From: Microthyrium microscopicum
Taxonomy: Eukaryota
Length of the DNA stretch: 47,814 nucleotides
Assembly (NCBI GenBank): GCA_010405405.1
Contig: MU004238.1
Location: 2,119,530 to 2,167,343 of the forward strand
Direction: 5' to 3'
Shown here: positions 24,770-37,388 of the stretch, piece after piece
Position numbering within the stretch: the stretch's first letter is position 1
Layout of the letters: each line of letters opens with the position of its first letter
Translations under genes and position numbers: made by a program
Notes under the pieces: generated by a model
Told to the model about the DNA's origin: nothing
The model's input: the letters and a program-made list of their open reading frames with translations, nothing else
Database searches by the model: none

Positions 24770-26610
24770 TAAAGATTAGCTTTATACCTTCTCTATTTAG
24801 TAATAGAATTAGGATCTTAGATATAAAATAATTAGACGTAAATATTATAGAGTATATCTAATTAGAATATAGGTTTATCTAATAATATTATCCTATTACT
24901 ATAATATATTAATTCTATATAAGAAAACTATAGCTAGTAAACCTAAATTACTAGATTAATTATATAAAGAAGTAAATTTACTCCTTTAGAAATAGATTCC
25001 TACTTAAGTTATCTATAGCTTAATATAGGTTAGAGATTATTACCCTATATACTTCCTATAAAACGCGTTCTTAATAACTTACTCTTAATACTAAGAGAAT
25101 TTATTATAAACCTCTTATTAAATAAATAGTATAGTATACTTAAAAATAATATAGCTATAGTAATATTACTATATTATTCTTAAAAGGGCTTAAGAATAAT
25201 ACCTTAATAATATTTATATAAGATAATAGTAACTATATAATATAATTATATTTATATAACTTGCTTTTAGTAGAATCTAAACTTCTAGATAAGGTAGCTA
25301 TAATATTCTATTTTAATCTTATTACTATTATATCTTAGTCCTATTACTATAGCTTTAATATATAATCCTTTATATAAATTAACTTAGCTAGCCTATTAGA
25401 TTTACTAGTTATAGTATATATTACTAATAATTTATAAAGTAAGATTAGTAGTAATTATAATAAAGAAGCCTTTCTAGTAGTTATTAATATTAGCTACGTA
25501 TTTCTTTAGTAAGTTAGGATCTAAAGCTAATTATTTAGACTATCTTTATTACTTTATATACTATTAACTTCTTTTTATATTTAGTAGATAAATAGTATAT
25601 AATACTTTCTATTATTTATTAATAGTAGTCTATTATTTCCTAGTTCTATTTTAATAATCTAAATATTATTCTTATATTATAGTAAGTTAATAAGCCTAGT
25701 ATAGAATTTATTAATTTAGTAATAAATATAATAAAGAAGTATTTTAAAATAGTATAATTTACTTCCTAGATTTACTTTATAGTATTACGCCTAATAGTTC
25801 TTCTTCTTATCTATTAGTAATAGAATCTCTATACCTAATTATTTATTTAATTAGTAGAAGAGGTATAGATAATAATTTCTAGATTAAATATTTTACTATA
25901 GAAAGCTTCTTTATATTATTCTACTAACAAGATATAAATCTTACTACTTAGCTAATAAATTTATTTTACTAGAAATATCCTTATTTAATAGTATAAAGAG
26001 AGTAAATACTTTTAAAACTAGATATTTTATAGTAAGTATATACTCTATATTTTTTTATAAGTAAGATTTAGATCTTATTACTTAACTAGTAAATCTTTAA
26101 GGCTAGATATTTTCCTATTTAGTAGATTAGTAAAAGAAAATATAATATAAAAAATATTACTCTTATATATTATTTACTAAAAACTTTTTTATATTTTAGC
26201 TATATATCTTATATAGTAGAGTATTATTCTAGTTGCCTTAGAAAATATTATTTTAGTAAATTAAGAAAAGTTTATTATATTTTAAGTAGATTACTAAAGA
26301 ACTACGTTTACTATATATTTTTATAATAATAAGGTATTTATTTAGTATTTCTTTTTTATACTTATTATACTTAGAAAAAAAGAATATTAGTAGCTACTAA
26401 CGAGATTTACCTACCTAGCTATATAAGTAAGCAACTATATTTTTTATATTAGGTTTAGCTTTAAAGCTATATAGCTTATTATTATAATAATTACTTACTT
26501 TATTAAAGAAAATTATTATTTAAAAGCGTATAAGAAGGATTCTATTAAGAAATATATCTATTAGAAATATTAATTACTTTTAATACTTTTTATATAAAGG
26601 TAATAGGCTT
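24770..26610 (-). pseudogene. RIPed multi-intron gene C2 of unknown function (limits approximate)
   Basis: Minus-strand intron-like segments GTAGGT...TACTAAT...AG (~26414-26370) and GTAATA...TACTAAT...TAG (~26160-26115), and a further TACTAAT...TAG acceptor at ~25835. Intervening frames read as protein with only TAA/TAG stops. Confidence 0.5.
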
Positions 26611-26689
26611 ATAGCTTTATAGATTAGTTATAATATTAGATTATATTATAAAATAAGAATAAAAAGATATAGTAATAATTATAATTATA

Positions 26690-27489
26690 TTTAGTAAAGA
26701 CTATAAAGTTATATCCTAGTTAAGCTATAATAGCAAAGAATATTTAGAGAAATAAGCTAAAAGATTAGAAAATAAAACAAAATTAATACTATACTTAAGA
26801 TATAAGATATATTTTACTTAGAAGTAAAAACATTTACCTCTACTACCTTTATCTCTTTTACTTTTACCTTTATATTTATAATATATTCTTAGATAGTATT
26901 ACTTATTTTTATATTATTTATAATTACTAGAATTATAAAGAAATAGTTTATATTAATATAATTTTTCTTCTTTAATACTAGCTTCTTATTATCTATCTCT
27001 AGCTATATAATTAATTATTTATTAGTAACTTTTTCTACTTCTAATTCTTTAATCTTTATATTAGTAGTATTAAGTTACTTTTATATCTTTTAAATAAGCT
27101 TATATTAGAAGTTATATTATTCTATTATTAGTAAAGTACTTAGCTATAATAATAAGTAGTTTGCTACCTTTAATTAGGTAGAAAGTAACTATATTTTATT
27201 CTTTAAGTTATTATATATTTTAGAGCCTAAATAAGAAGTTATATTACTAGCTTAAATAGCTTAGGTAGACTCTTATGTAGTTATATTATTAATACTTTTA
27301 ACTTTCTTTTTTACTAGCTTATTATTAGATACTAGGGTAGCTTATTTTAAAAGTATTACTAATAATTTTATATTACTCTTATTCTATATCTCTATATTAC
27401 TATTAATCTTATTTTTTATAGGCTTATCTTTATAAATAGAAGTAGCTAATTTTAGTAGTACTAATAATAACTTTTCTTTAATCTTATCC
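26690..27489 (-). pseudogene. 3' part of RIPed gene C1 (acidic repeat, coiled coil, intron ~26837-26757)
   Basis: The frame from 43854-46143 continues exactly when element B and one TSD are removed. Coiled-coil-like KIKELEVEKV, then a phase-0 GTAAAT...CTAAT...TAG intron. Confidence 0.6.
27385..27489 (-). repeat. 105-bp (35-codon) tandem repeat unit, separated from its siblings at 43859-44130 by element B
   Basis: Same unit as at 43859, 43964 and 44069, and ends exactly at the TSD. Confidence 0.9.
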
Positions 27490-27849
27490 TATTAGAGATT
27501 AGGGTTATAGAGTAGGTAAGAAGGTTATAAAATACTTAATAGATTAAGTATATAGAAATAGGGATAAAAGTAATTGCTAAGGAACTATAAAGGGATTCCT
27601 TAGCCTTTATCTTATTACTTAGGAACCTCTAAGATTCTTCTCTAAGCTAGAGTAGTCTATTTATAAGCTAAAGTACTTTAAAGGTATACTTAGCTACTAA
27701 TTATAATAGTTAGGGACCTATTAGTTCTTTTAACTATAGAATATACTAAAGCTAAAGAAGTAGCTCTACTAGCTTCTAATAGCTATTAAGCTAAGGTACT
27801 TAAGCTATAATACCTATCTTAAAGAGTTCGTTAAGTTTAATTCCTAATA
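27490..27849 (-). repeat. 3' LTR of element B
   Basis: TATTAG...CTAATA (RIPed TG...CA termini), direct repeat of 43494-43853. Confidence 0.95.
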
Positions 27850-29735
27850 TTATCCTCTTAATAAGAACCCTAATGTCTTTATAAGTCTTTAAAAGGTTAA
27901 CTACGTTCTAATAGTACTAATATACTTTAAGATATATTATATTATAATAGTATAAACTACTTAGCTACTATCTAGCTAGCTAAATAATAATTTTAGTAAA
28001 TCTTAGTAAACTTATTATTAATTTTAAACGTTACTTAAAGAGGTACCTCTTAAATAATGATTTATAAAGCTAAACGTTACTATTAGGTACTTGTTTAGAT
28101 TTATCTAGGTTTATTAAAAACTTAGGTATTTTTAAGTTTCCTTAAGCTATTATTTTAAGCCTACCTAATCTATAGGTTATTACCTACTAAGAACGACTTC
28201 CCTCTTTAGAACCTTTACTTATAGTAAGAATTAATATTAAAGCTTTCTTTAATAGAAAGTACTTAATAAAGTAAATATTTACTTTTTACTAATCTAACTA
28301 GGTAGAAGAGTATTAAATAAGGTATATTTAATCTTATAATTATATACTTTTTTTAATTCTTCTTTATTCTATTTTTATAGAATTAAGGTATATACCTAAG
28401 TAAACCCTAGCTAACTAAGTAAAGCTAACCTTTATAAATAGAGCTATAATATAAAAATAAGTCTTAACTAGTAATCTTAACATTTTACTAGTAGCTTCTT
28501 TATAAATCTACTTAGTATACTTTATATCCTTTTATATCTATTCTCTCTAATAGCTACTATAAAGAATAAAGTAGAAACTAATAAGGCTCTAAATAGATCT
28601 AGTTTATCTCTATCTAACGCCTTTAAGGTTTTTAAAGATACTATTAATTTACTAAAGACTCTAATTACTAGCGTTATAAAACTAACTAATTTTACTAATA
28701 CTAATATTACTAAAAAGGTAACTAACTAAGTTAAATTTATTAATAGTACTAAAATTAATACTAATAATAACTATATTAAACTATTAAGTTTAGGCTACTC
28801 TTCTTTAAAGCCTTCTAAATCTAAAGAGATTAAAAAGAATACTACTTAGGTTAAGAAAAAAGAAAAGATTTTTAAGCGTAATTATAGTAATAAGTCTAAA
28901 CCTTCTTAGCTTAATATAAAGTAAATATATATTAATAATATTATATATACTAATAAAGCTTAGACTTAGTTTAAATTATACTAAACTTTTTTTATCTATA
29001 ACGTATTAATTAATTATAGTTAGTTAAGTAGTAAACGTTTTCTATATAACTTTAATAATAATAAAATAAAACTATCTAATATAGATAAGTTTATTCTATA
29101 TAAGAATAAAACTAAATTAATTATTAAATAGTTTCTTTTACTTAATCTATATTAGTAATATACTAAAGTATATACTAAAACTTTCCTATATATTAATCTA
29201 AAGGATTAGTACTATATAGCTTATAAGAACTACGTATTAGCCTTTAAGGTTTAAAATAATTATTACTATATAACCTATAAGACTATAAAGTCTTATTAAT
29301 AGTATTTTAAGGTAAGTTATTTTTAATTAATTTAATTTAAATTTAATTATTACTAATTATTTTCTAGGTTATTTCTTATAAGAAGAGTATTACTAAGAAC
29401 CTTATTATAAAGCGTTATAATATATTAAAAGTCTATATACTTTATTAATAAACTTATAATAACGATCTAAGTAAATATAATATAGATTAGCTTCTTTATA
29501 CTAAAAAAATAGTTTATATTACTAATAAAAACGTTATAAAGGCTATCTAGATATAAGTAAACCTTCTTATTATACTTAGGTTTAAACTAATATAAATAAG
29601 TATATCTATATTAATGCTATAAATAATACCTTCCCTCTATATTCTAGTATTGCTAAGAATAGATATAATAATATCTATATAATGCTAATATATTATAAAA
29701 ATAGTAAGGATATCCTTAAGGCTAAGAAAGCTACC

Positions 29736-29961
29736 TGTAACGAGCTATAGAACTTAAGCAAGTAGATAATTAGATTATATTCTAGAATCTACGAATGGGA
29801 AAGAGAGAGAAGAAGATCTAGAAGAGCTATAGATCTACGAGGGAAGTAAGTCCGCTTAGTAGATCCTTAGGCGCGCTAACCTCCTTAGGTCTAGCGCGTA
29901 ATCTTATAATAAGATCTTTCTTATAATACTACTATGAAGCCTATAAAGAGGAATTATTATA
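29736..29961 (-). repeat. 3' LTR of element A
   Basis: Begins TGTAAC, direct repeat of 37163-37388. Confidence 0.97.
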
Positions 29962-30039
29962 TAACTCTTCTTTTTAGTATAGCTCTCTAGGCTATAGACT
30001 ACTAATTATATCTACTTTCTTAATCTATTTTATTTTAAT

Positions 30040-30082
30040 CTAGTCTAGCCTAGTTTAGTCTAGTTTAGTCTAGTCTAGTCTA
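30040..30082 (+). repeat. (YTAGY)n pentanucleotide array in the 3' UTR of element A
   Basis: ctagtctagcctagtttagtctagtttagtctagtctagtcta. Confidence 0.85.
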
Positions 30083-33000
30083 ATAAACTTTTTAATAATA
30101 AATAATATTTTAATCCTTCTATAGTATAATACTAACCTTACTAGTTATTTAGAGTATCTTAACCTTTAGCCTACTAAGGTAACTATTAAGAAGCATTAAT
30201 AAACTCTAAGATGTCCTTAGAATACTCTAGTTCTTAAGTCCTAGTAGTCTAGTAGTTAGTAGTCTTATTAATATAAAGGAATTAGTAGTATAATTATTTA
30301 CTCTTTCTAATTAGTAGGAACGCTATTAGAGTTATAATTAATACTATTACTAGTAGGCTCTAGTATTAGTAGTATCTAGGTAGAATATAGGCCTAGCTTA
30401 CTAAAGTACTAAGCGTAAAACTTAGTAATAAGCTTTAGTATATTCTTAGTAGCTATCTAATTATACTATTTAGCTTTATTATAATTAGTATACTTAATCT
30501 TATATTATAGCTTCTTATATTAATTAGTAAAGTAGCTATTAATAATAGCGTTAATAGACTATTTATTATTATTTATAGTTTCTTTAATAACTACTAGTAG
30601 TAAATTAGTATACTTAAGTAGCTTAGTATCGTCTATAATATAGTAGAGGACTTAGGCGTAAAAGATATTATATATCTTTATAAAAGAGAAGAGATTAAGT
30701 TTATAGGTAATAGTATTAATCTTCTTAATTATATAAAAGGAACTTATATTCTTATTATCTAGAGTCTTTAAAGGACGTAAAGTAGAGTAGTTCTATGTAT
30801 CTAAGCGAACCTAGTTGCTTAGTAATAGGTCTAGAGCTACGTAGTAATAGCGATTAGTGTATTCTGCTTATTAAGCTTATGCCTAGATTAATTACTCTAT
30901 TAAATAATTATATATCTTAGTACGACCTTTCTATATTATGTCTATATTAATAGCTTCTTTATTAGTAGCTATAGAGGCGTTTATAAGTTTTAGGAAGTAA
31001 TATAAGAACTTAAGGCCTAATTAAGGGTTAAATTTATTTTAAGCTTTAAAGGATATAACTCCTATAGTAGTATTTATAGCAAAATTAACTATAAATTTAG
31101 TAAAGAGTAGAAGAGCTACCTAGTTATCTTAATCTTAATTAATAAACGCGCATAGGAATTACTTAAGTACTATAACTAAGATTTCTATTATGCTATTAGT
31201 CTTAGAGTAGAATGCTATACTAAGATAGAGTATTATGCCTATGTATTTATATAAGTACTTCTAGAATATAGAGGTAAATTAGCTACTATAGTTTAAAAGA
31301 ATTATTAATAGCTAGCTAACAAGTTTCTATATATAGTTAATAAAGGCTAGTACTATTAAGTCTATAAATAAGTCTAGTAGTAAGATAAAACGTTAGGTCT
31401 ATATATAGTAATTAATAACTACTATAATATACTAATAGATTATACCTTAGTATAAATAATAAGGTAATAAAATAGTAAAGTTAATAGAAATATTAGACTA
31501 TATACGCTTAGGAAGAGAAAATTAATATAAGAAGCTTTACTTCTTTTAGTAGATAGGTTTAGTAAATACACATTTATAGCCTTTAATAAAGCTTTTAACG
31601 TTTTATAATATCTTAGGCTACTAGTAATCTTTTTATAGGTAGTAGTAAGTTATTACTACTCTACTATAGCTTATAGCTTTATAGCTATATGCGCTCTATA
31701 TAGCGCAACGCTAAAGCTTATCTTAAGGAATAAAGATCTAGTTATAGTAGAAGATTATCTTATTAGTAGCTACTACGTAGTCTCTAAGCTTAATTTACTC
31801 TTATTTTAAAGTACTAAAGGGTAAGAAGAGCTAGTAATTAGTCTTAACGTAGTAAATAGTAATTATTATTTTATTATGCTTTACTACGTTTATAATATCC
31901 TATAGAAACTAGTTGCTATTAAAATCTAGGAATAGGTTATCTCTTAAGGGATTAAGTAGCTTACCCTTAAGCGTCTTATTATTACTAAGAGACTCTTTTA
32001 TAGAATTAAGTAGCTTACTTATAAGATTAGAAATATCTAACTTATTCTAAACAATAGTAACTAAGTATAGTATTAAGAAATAAGTAGGTTTAATAAGCAA
32101 TATAGCTAACTTTACTATATATTTTATATTAAATTAGTATAGAAATAGTAAAGATTAGACCTATTAAGAGACGTAAAGGTTATTATTACTTTATAAAATA
32201 TCTTATAACTAATAAGTAAGGGTATCTACCTTTCTATTAGCTATACCTAAATAGTACTTTATCTTAAAGTAAAACTAGGAGAGGAACTTAGCCTATCTAG
32301 CTTATTATTAAAAGAGACGTTTTATTATTATAAACGTTTAAAGGTTATAGTAATTAGAGAATACTTAAATAAGGTTAATAAAGCTAAATAGCTCTAGTTC
32401 TTACTCTTTAAATATATAGATAATAGCTAAAAGCTCTTTATTATAAATATTATAATTATATTCTACTAAAGTTATCTTCTTTAAGAGGTACGTAACTAGG
32501 TAAAGCTTCCTATTATTATCTTTTTAAGAAAGAATTATAGTATAAACCTAATCTAAAGTATCTATTTCTAGCTATATTTCTTTTATATAGTTAAAATAAC
32601 GTAATATCTTAATAAACGTAAAGTCTTACTTTAGCTTCTTAAACGTACGTTCCTTTAGTTTATTAAAGTCTTAAGAGAAGATTACTATAGCGTCCTTCTT
32701 TATAAGTACTATTAGTAGTACTATAATTTTTAAATATTTAAGAATAAATTAGTAATAAAAGTTAGTAAAGCTAAGGAAAGCTTAAACGTCTTTTACTAAA
32801 AAGGAATATTACTAGTTAACTATGCTTTAAATCTTTTCTAGGTCTATCTTAATACCTTTAGTAGTAATAATTAGGCTAAGGTATTTAACTTATTAAGTAT
32901 TAAATTTATACTTTTAGATATCTAAGTATAATCCTACTTTACTTATTACTTCTAGGACTAGATAGGTATAGATAGTATAGCTAGCTTTAGTATTACTAAA

Positions 33001-36000
33001 GACTAATAGATTATTTATATAATCTATAATAAAGTCATCTAAATAATTAATTAGGATATAGTTAAGATAAGCTTAGAAAGTCTTTAGGACTTTAGTAAAG
33101 CTAAAAGGCATAACTTTAAATTTATATAACTTATAATAAGTTAGGAATATAGTTTTGTATTTATTACTAGGTTTAATATAGATATATATAAAGGTAGTAA
33201 TAATATTAAATTTAGAGAAATATTTTACGTAATAAATATAGGTAAGTATTTCTAATAGCTATAGAGGAATATTATAATTCTTTTATATAATCTTATTAAG
33301 TTTATAATAATTAATATAAACTTAAATTCTTTTTCTTAGCTTATATATATATAGTATTAGTATAGCGTAATATAACTTACTAGCTTAAACTTAATCTTAA
33401 CTAAGTATTTAATTAACATATTATTTAATAATAAGGAATTCCTAATAACCTAAGCTACTATAGTAGTGTTTAGGAATTATAGCATTAGAGATAATATTAA
33501 TAAAGTAATCTTATTTACTATAGTATAGTATAAGTTTATTGCCTAATTTTAGGTTAAAGACGTCTATATAATAATAATATTTCTTTAGTAAGTATTTAAG
33601 AATCTCTTTTTATAAAAGAGAAGGCTTATTATACTTTTCTTACTACTTTTTAAAATCCTTAGGTAAGATTTTGCCTAAGTTAATAGTAACGTCTTTCTTT
33701 AGTATAGGATTTAGATTTAGAGGTTTCTTTTCCTTTCTATTTTTAAAGTTATTAGGCTAGATTTTGCTAAATTACTAGCCTTATTCTAATAACTTAATAA
33801 AGGTAGTAACGCTAATTATAGTAACGTTTTTAAAGTAAAAGTCTATTAGATTAACTAAGTAGCCTTTATAATCTACTAAGATTAGGTAGCCTACTAATAA
33901 GTAATATATAAGGTAGTAGTCTAAGTTAAAGTAGATTTACTTCTTACTTTCTTTAAAAGTAATCTTATAGAGGTTAATTTAAGGGTTACTAAGGATAAGG
34001 TTATAGCTAGTAACGTTTATAATAAAGTAGTAGATTTATTTAATATACTCTTCTAAATAGACGTTAACTATAGTAACTTTATTAACTTTTATAATAGTTT
34101 TATTATTAGCTAATTATATAATTTAGGGGGTAGAAAGATTAATAGTAGGGATTCTATATTATTTAATAAAGTTAGGGTAAATAATTCCTATTACTTTACT
34201 ACTAGTATCTATAAGAATATTAATTTTTAAGTAGTAGCTTTATCTTAGAGAGAATATAGTACTAGAAGTAGTCTATTAGTTACTTATTATAAATATAGTA
34301 GCTACTTCTTAGAGACGAAAATTATATACTATAGAAGTAAGGGATATCTTAATAATAGCTAGTTTAATATTATTAAATATAATAGGCTCTAAGGATAACG
34401 CTTATTAGAGATTACCTTCTAGGCGTTAGATAGTCTTATTAACCTTATATTAGATTTATTCTTTAAAGAAAACTAGCTTAGGGTTAGGTTCCTCCTTCTT
34501 CTATTACTAATTATATACTTCTTACTTATTTAGCTCCTTTACGCATTTCTATAGAAAAGCTTTTAGTTTTCTATATTATTACTATAATTATACTTATTAT
34601 AATTATCCTCTATAGTTAGGAACTAAGGAGATTAAGTAGTAATTTAATTATAGATAATAGCAAACTCTATAATAATAGTAGCAACCTTTAGTTATATTTT
34701 AGTATCTAAAAGAGCGTCTCTATCTTTATATAGTGCTAAGTTATACTAATAGCTATAACTCTTCTTTTTATACTTTATATAATAGTTATTAGCCTTTAAG
34801 GCGTTATAGATATTTAAAGAGTAGTTAAACTTTAGTTTCTATTTACTACTCTTAGCTACTAAATAATTATTATTATTATAGCTTTGTAGATTAATAAAGG
34901 GGACGTATTTAATATAATAAGCTATAGTATATAAGCTCTTAAGGAAGTCTATAAATGTTTTTAATTCTATAAAGAGCACTCTCTCTATAAACTTTAAAAG
35001 TAGAAGGAGACGCATTTTAATAATCTTATCTTAATTACTAAGCTTAGCTTCTTATAAGTTCTTTAAGAAGTAAGCTAGAAATTATTTAAGCTTCTTAATA
35101 GACTTTATTATAGCTTCTTAACTTTTAAGCTAGGTCTTAGTAGTAATATAGCTATCTTTAATACTATACTTATAATCTAAATTAGACTATATCTCTACTA
35201 TAGATAAATATAAGTTAGTTAACTTATAATTACTCTACTTGTTAATAGTACTAAATGCTTAATCTTTTATTACTCCTTAAATAACTTAGATTTTAGAGGC
35301 TTTTATAAGATAAACTTATATGTTATTATTAAGGTAATCTAATACTTTATCTTTTTAAGCATAGTACTTCTACTTATTCTTTCCTAAAAAGAGTAAAGGC
35401 TTATTATCCTATATCTTAAGGAAAGAGGCGCTACTAATTAAGTTAAGATTAAAAAAGAAAATAGTTTAACGTAAGTCTAGTATTCCTAAAGATATATTTA
35501 AGTTAGGTTAGTCTATATCTTAAGCTAAGGAGATTTAACAAAATAGATTATTATTTACTAACTCATTACAATTAAGATAAAGATTAGTTACCTTAGTAGT
35601 TAAGGGTTTCTTTTAAAGGGCGTTAACCTAAGCTTAAAGAATAGTAGCTTTATTTATCTTTTTTTATAGAGCCTTATAGTATTTACTAATCTTATTAACG
35701 TAAGTAGTAAGTACTTCCTTAAGTAGATTATTATCGTATTATAGTTCCTATACTTTTTAATAAGTAGTTGCTACTTTCTTAAGAGTAATAGCGTTATTTT
35801 AGATTTACGCTTTAAAGTAAGTAATCTACTTTACGCGTTTATTATTAGTTTTAGCTAAGTCCTATATTTCTCCTTAAGCTTCTAGAACTTCTTCTTAAAG
35901 AGTATAGATTAAGTCTATATTATAAGTATTTATATTCTACTTAATTTTAAAGAGATAGGCTATAGTTTAGAAGGCTAATAAAGAAGCGTAAAGCTATATA

Positions 36001-37162
36001 ACTAAGTTGTCTAGTATTAATTCCCCTTTTAATAAATATTCTAAATCTATATCTAATTTAATTAGGTAGTAAGAGTAATAATAGAGATCTAATTACTTTT
36101 CTTTATAATAAAAGTATACTCCTACGTTCTTTAGCTTATCGCCTTCTTTACTAGGCATCTTTTATACTTAAGTAGCTTAGAAGATTAAAGGGTTCTTATT
36201 AATAGTTAAAGTAACTAGTTAATTAAGGTTTACTACTATAAGGTAATAAGATATTAATATAAGTAGTACTCTAGGGCCTTTAGCTTATTAACATAGTTCT
36301 ATTAGCTATTTATATATTTTAAAAGAAAGTCTAGTATTATCGTTAGGTTAAAAAGGAGCTAGTAGTTAGTTATTTCCTATATTTATTTAGTTTAGTAAAG
36401 TTATTTAACTAGTATTTTAAGGAGCATCTTCTAACGCTTTAGTCTCTTTACCTTTATAGCCTCATTCTAATAGATAATTATCTTCTAACTTATCTTTATC
36501 TTCTAATAACGCTTTTAAGTTTAGTTCTAGCGATTTTAATAGTCCTAAGACGTTCTCTACTAAATCTACTACTTTCTAGGTAGTATTTAGTTATATTATA
36601 TTCTAGGTATTAGGTTTACTTTAATACTTAGTATATATAGTAAAAGGGTAACGTAATAGAAATAAGTAACGCAAACGTATAGGAGATAGAGATTAACGCT
36701 AATTATAAGGCTAAGTATAAATAATTAAAGATAGCAAGTAGGCTATATAGCTATTAACTTAGGTCTATTAAGTAGAAGCCTTATTAGCTATAATTATAAA
36801 TAATAAAGAAGAGTACTAGGAGAGAATACTTATTTATTTAACGCGTTTTAATAATAAGTATATTAAGTATAATTATAGATATTTAATAGTAGTATAGAAG
36901 ATAAACTTTAGTATTCTATAGAACTAAGGATAAGGAGCAATTAACGCTTAGACTATTAATAAGTTAAAGAGTATTAAGAAATCCTAACGCTCTAATTAGA
37001 TAGGGGGTTAGCAGAGCTAATAAATTTAGTAAATCTATAAAGAATCTTTAATAGAGTTTAAGACTATATGCATAGAATATTAATCTATATAGGTACTTCT
37101 TTAGAAGTAAATTCTAGGGTATGTAGTATAAGCATATAAATATTTAAATAGTTTATAGATTA

Positions 37163-37388
37163 TATAACGAGCTATAGAACTTAAGTAAGTAGATAATTAG
37201 ATTATATTCTAGAATCTATAAACAAGAAAGAGAGAGAAGAAGATCTAAAAGAGCTATAGATTTACAAGGGAAGTAAGTTTGCTTGGCAGATCCTTAGACA
37301 CGCTAACTCCCTTAGGTTTAGCGCGTAATCTTATAATAAGATCTCTCTTATAACACCGCTATAAAGCCTATAAAGAGGAATTATCATA
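37163..37388 (-). repeat. 5' LTR of element A
   Basis: Same length as the left LTR. About 25 differences by manual count, all transitions, no indels. Confidence 0.97.

Larger units (their letters stand above)
29736..37388 (-). mobile_element. RIPed full-length Ty3/Gypsy chromovirus LTR retrotransposon A (7653 bp)
   Basis: 226-bp LTR pair with TSD CTACC (29731-29735, 37389-37393). Minus strand: protease ILIDTSS (=DTG) ~34210; RT KVMPFS...YLDDFIIDYINNLLVFS ~33115-33000; integrase LSIAFYSKTNS (=STAFHPETDG) ~31210; GPF-like ~30740; chromodomain ~30570-30390; PPT at 29962-29975. Confidence 0.97.

Noticed and set aside
25200..25700. JmjC- or PHD-like domain in relic C2
   Set aside because: Only fragmentary resemblance after ambiguous RIP reversal, and frames are uncertain.
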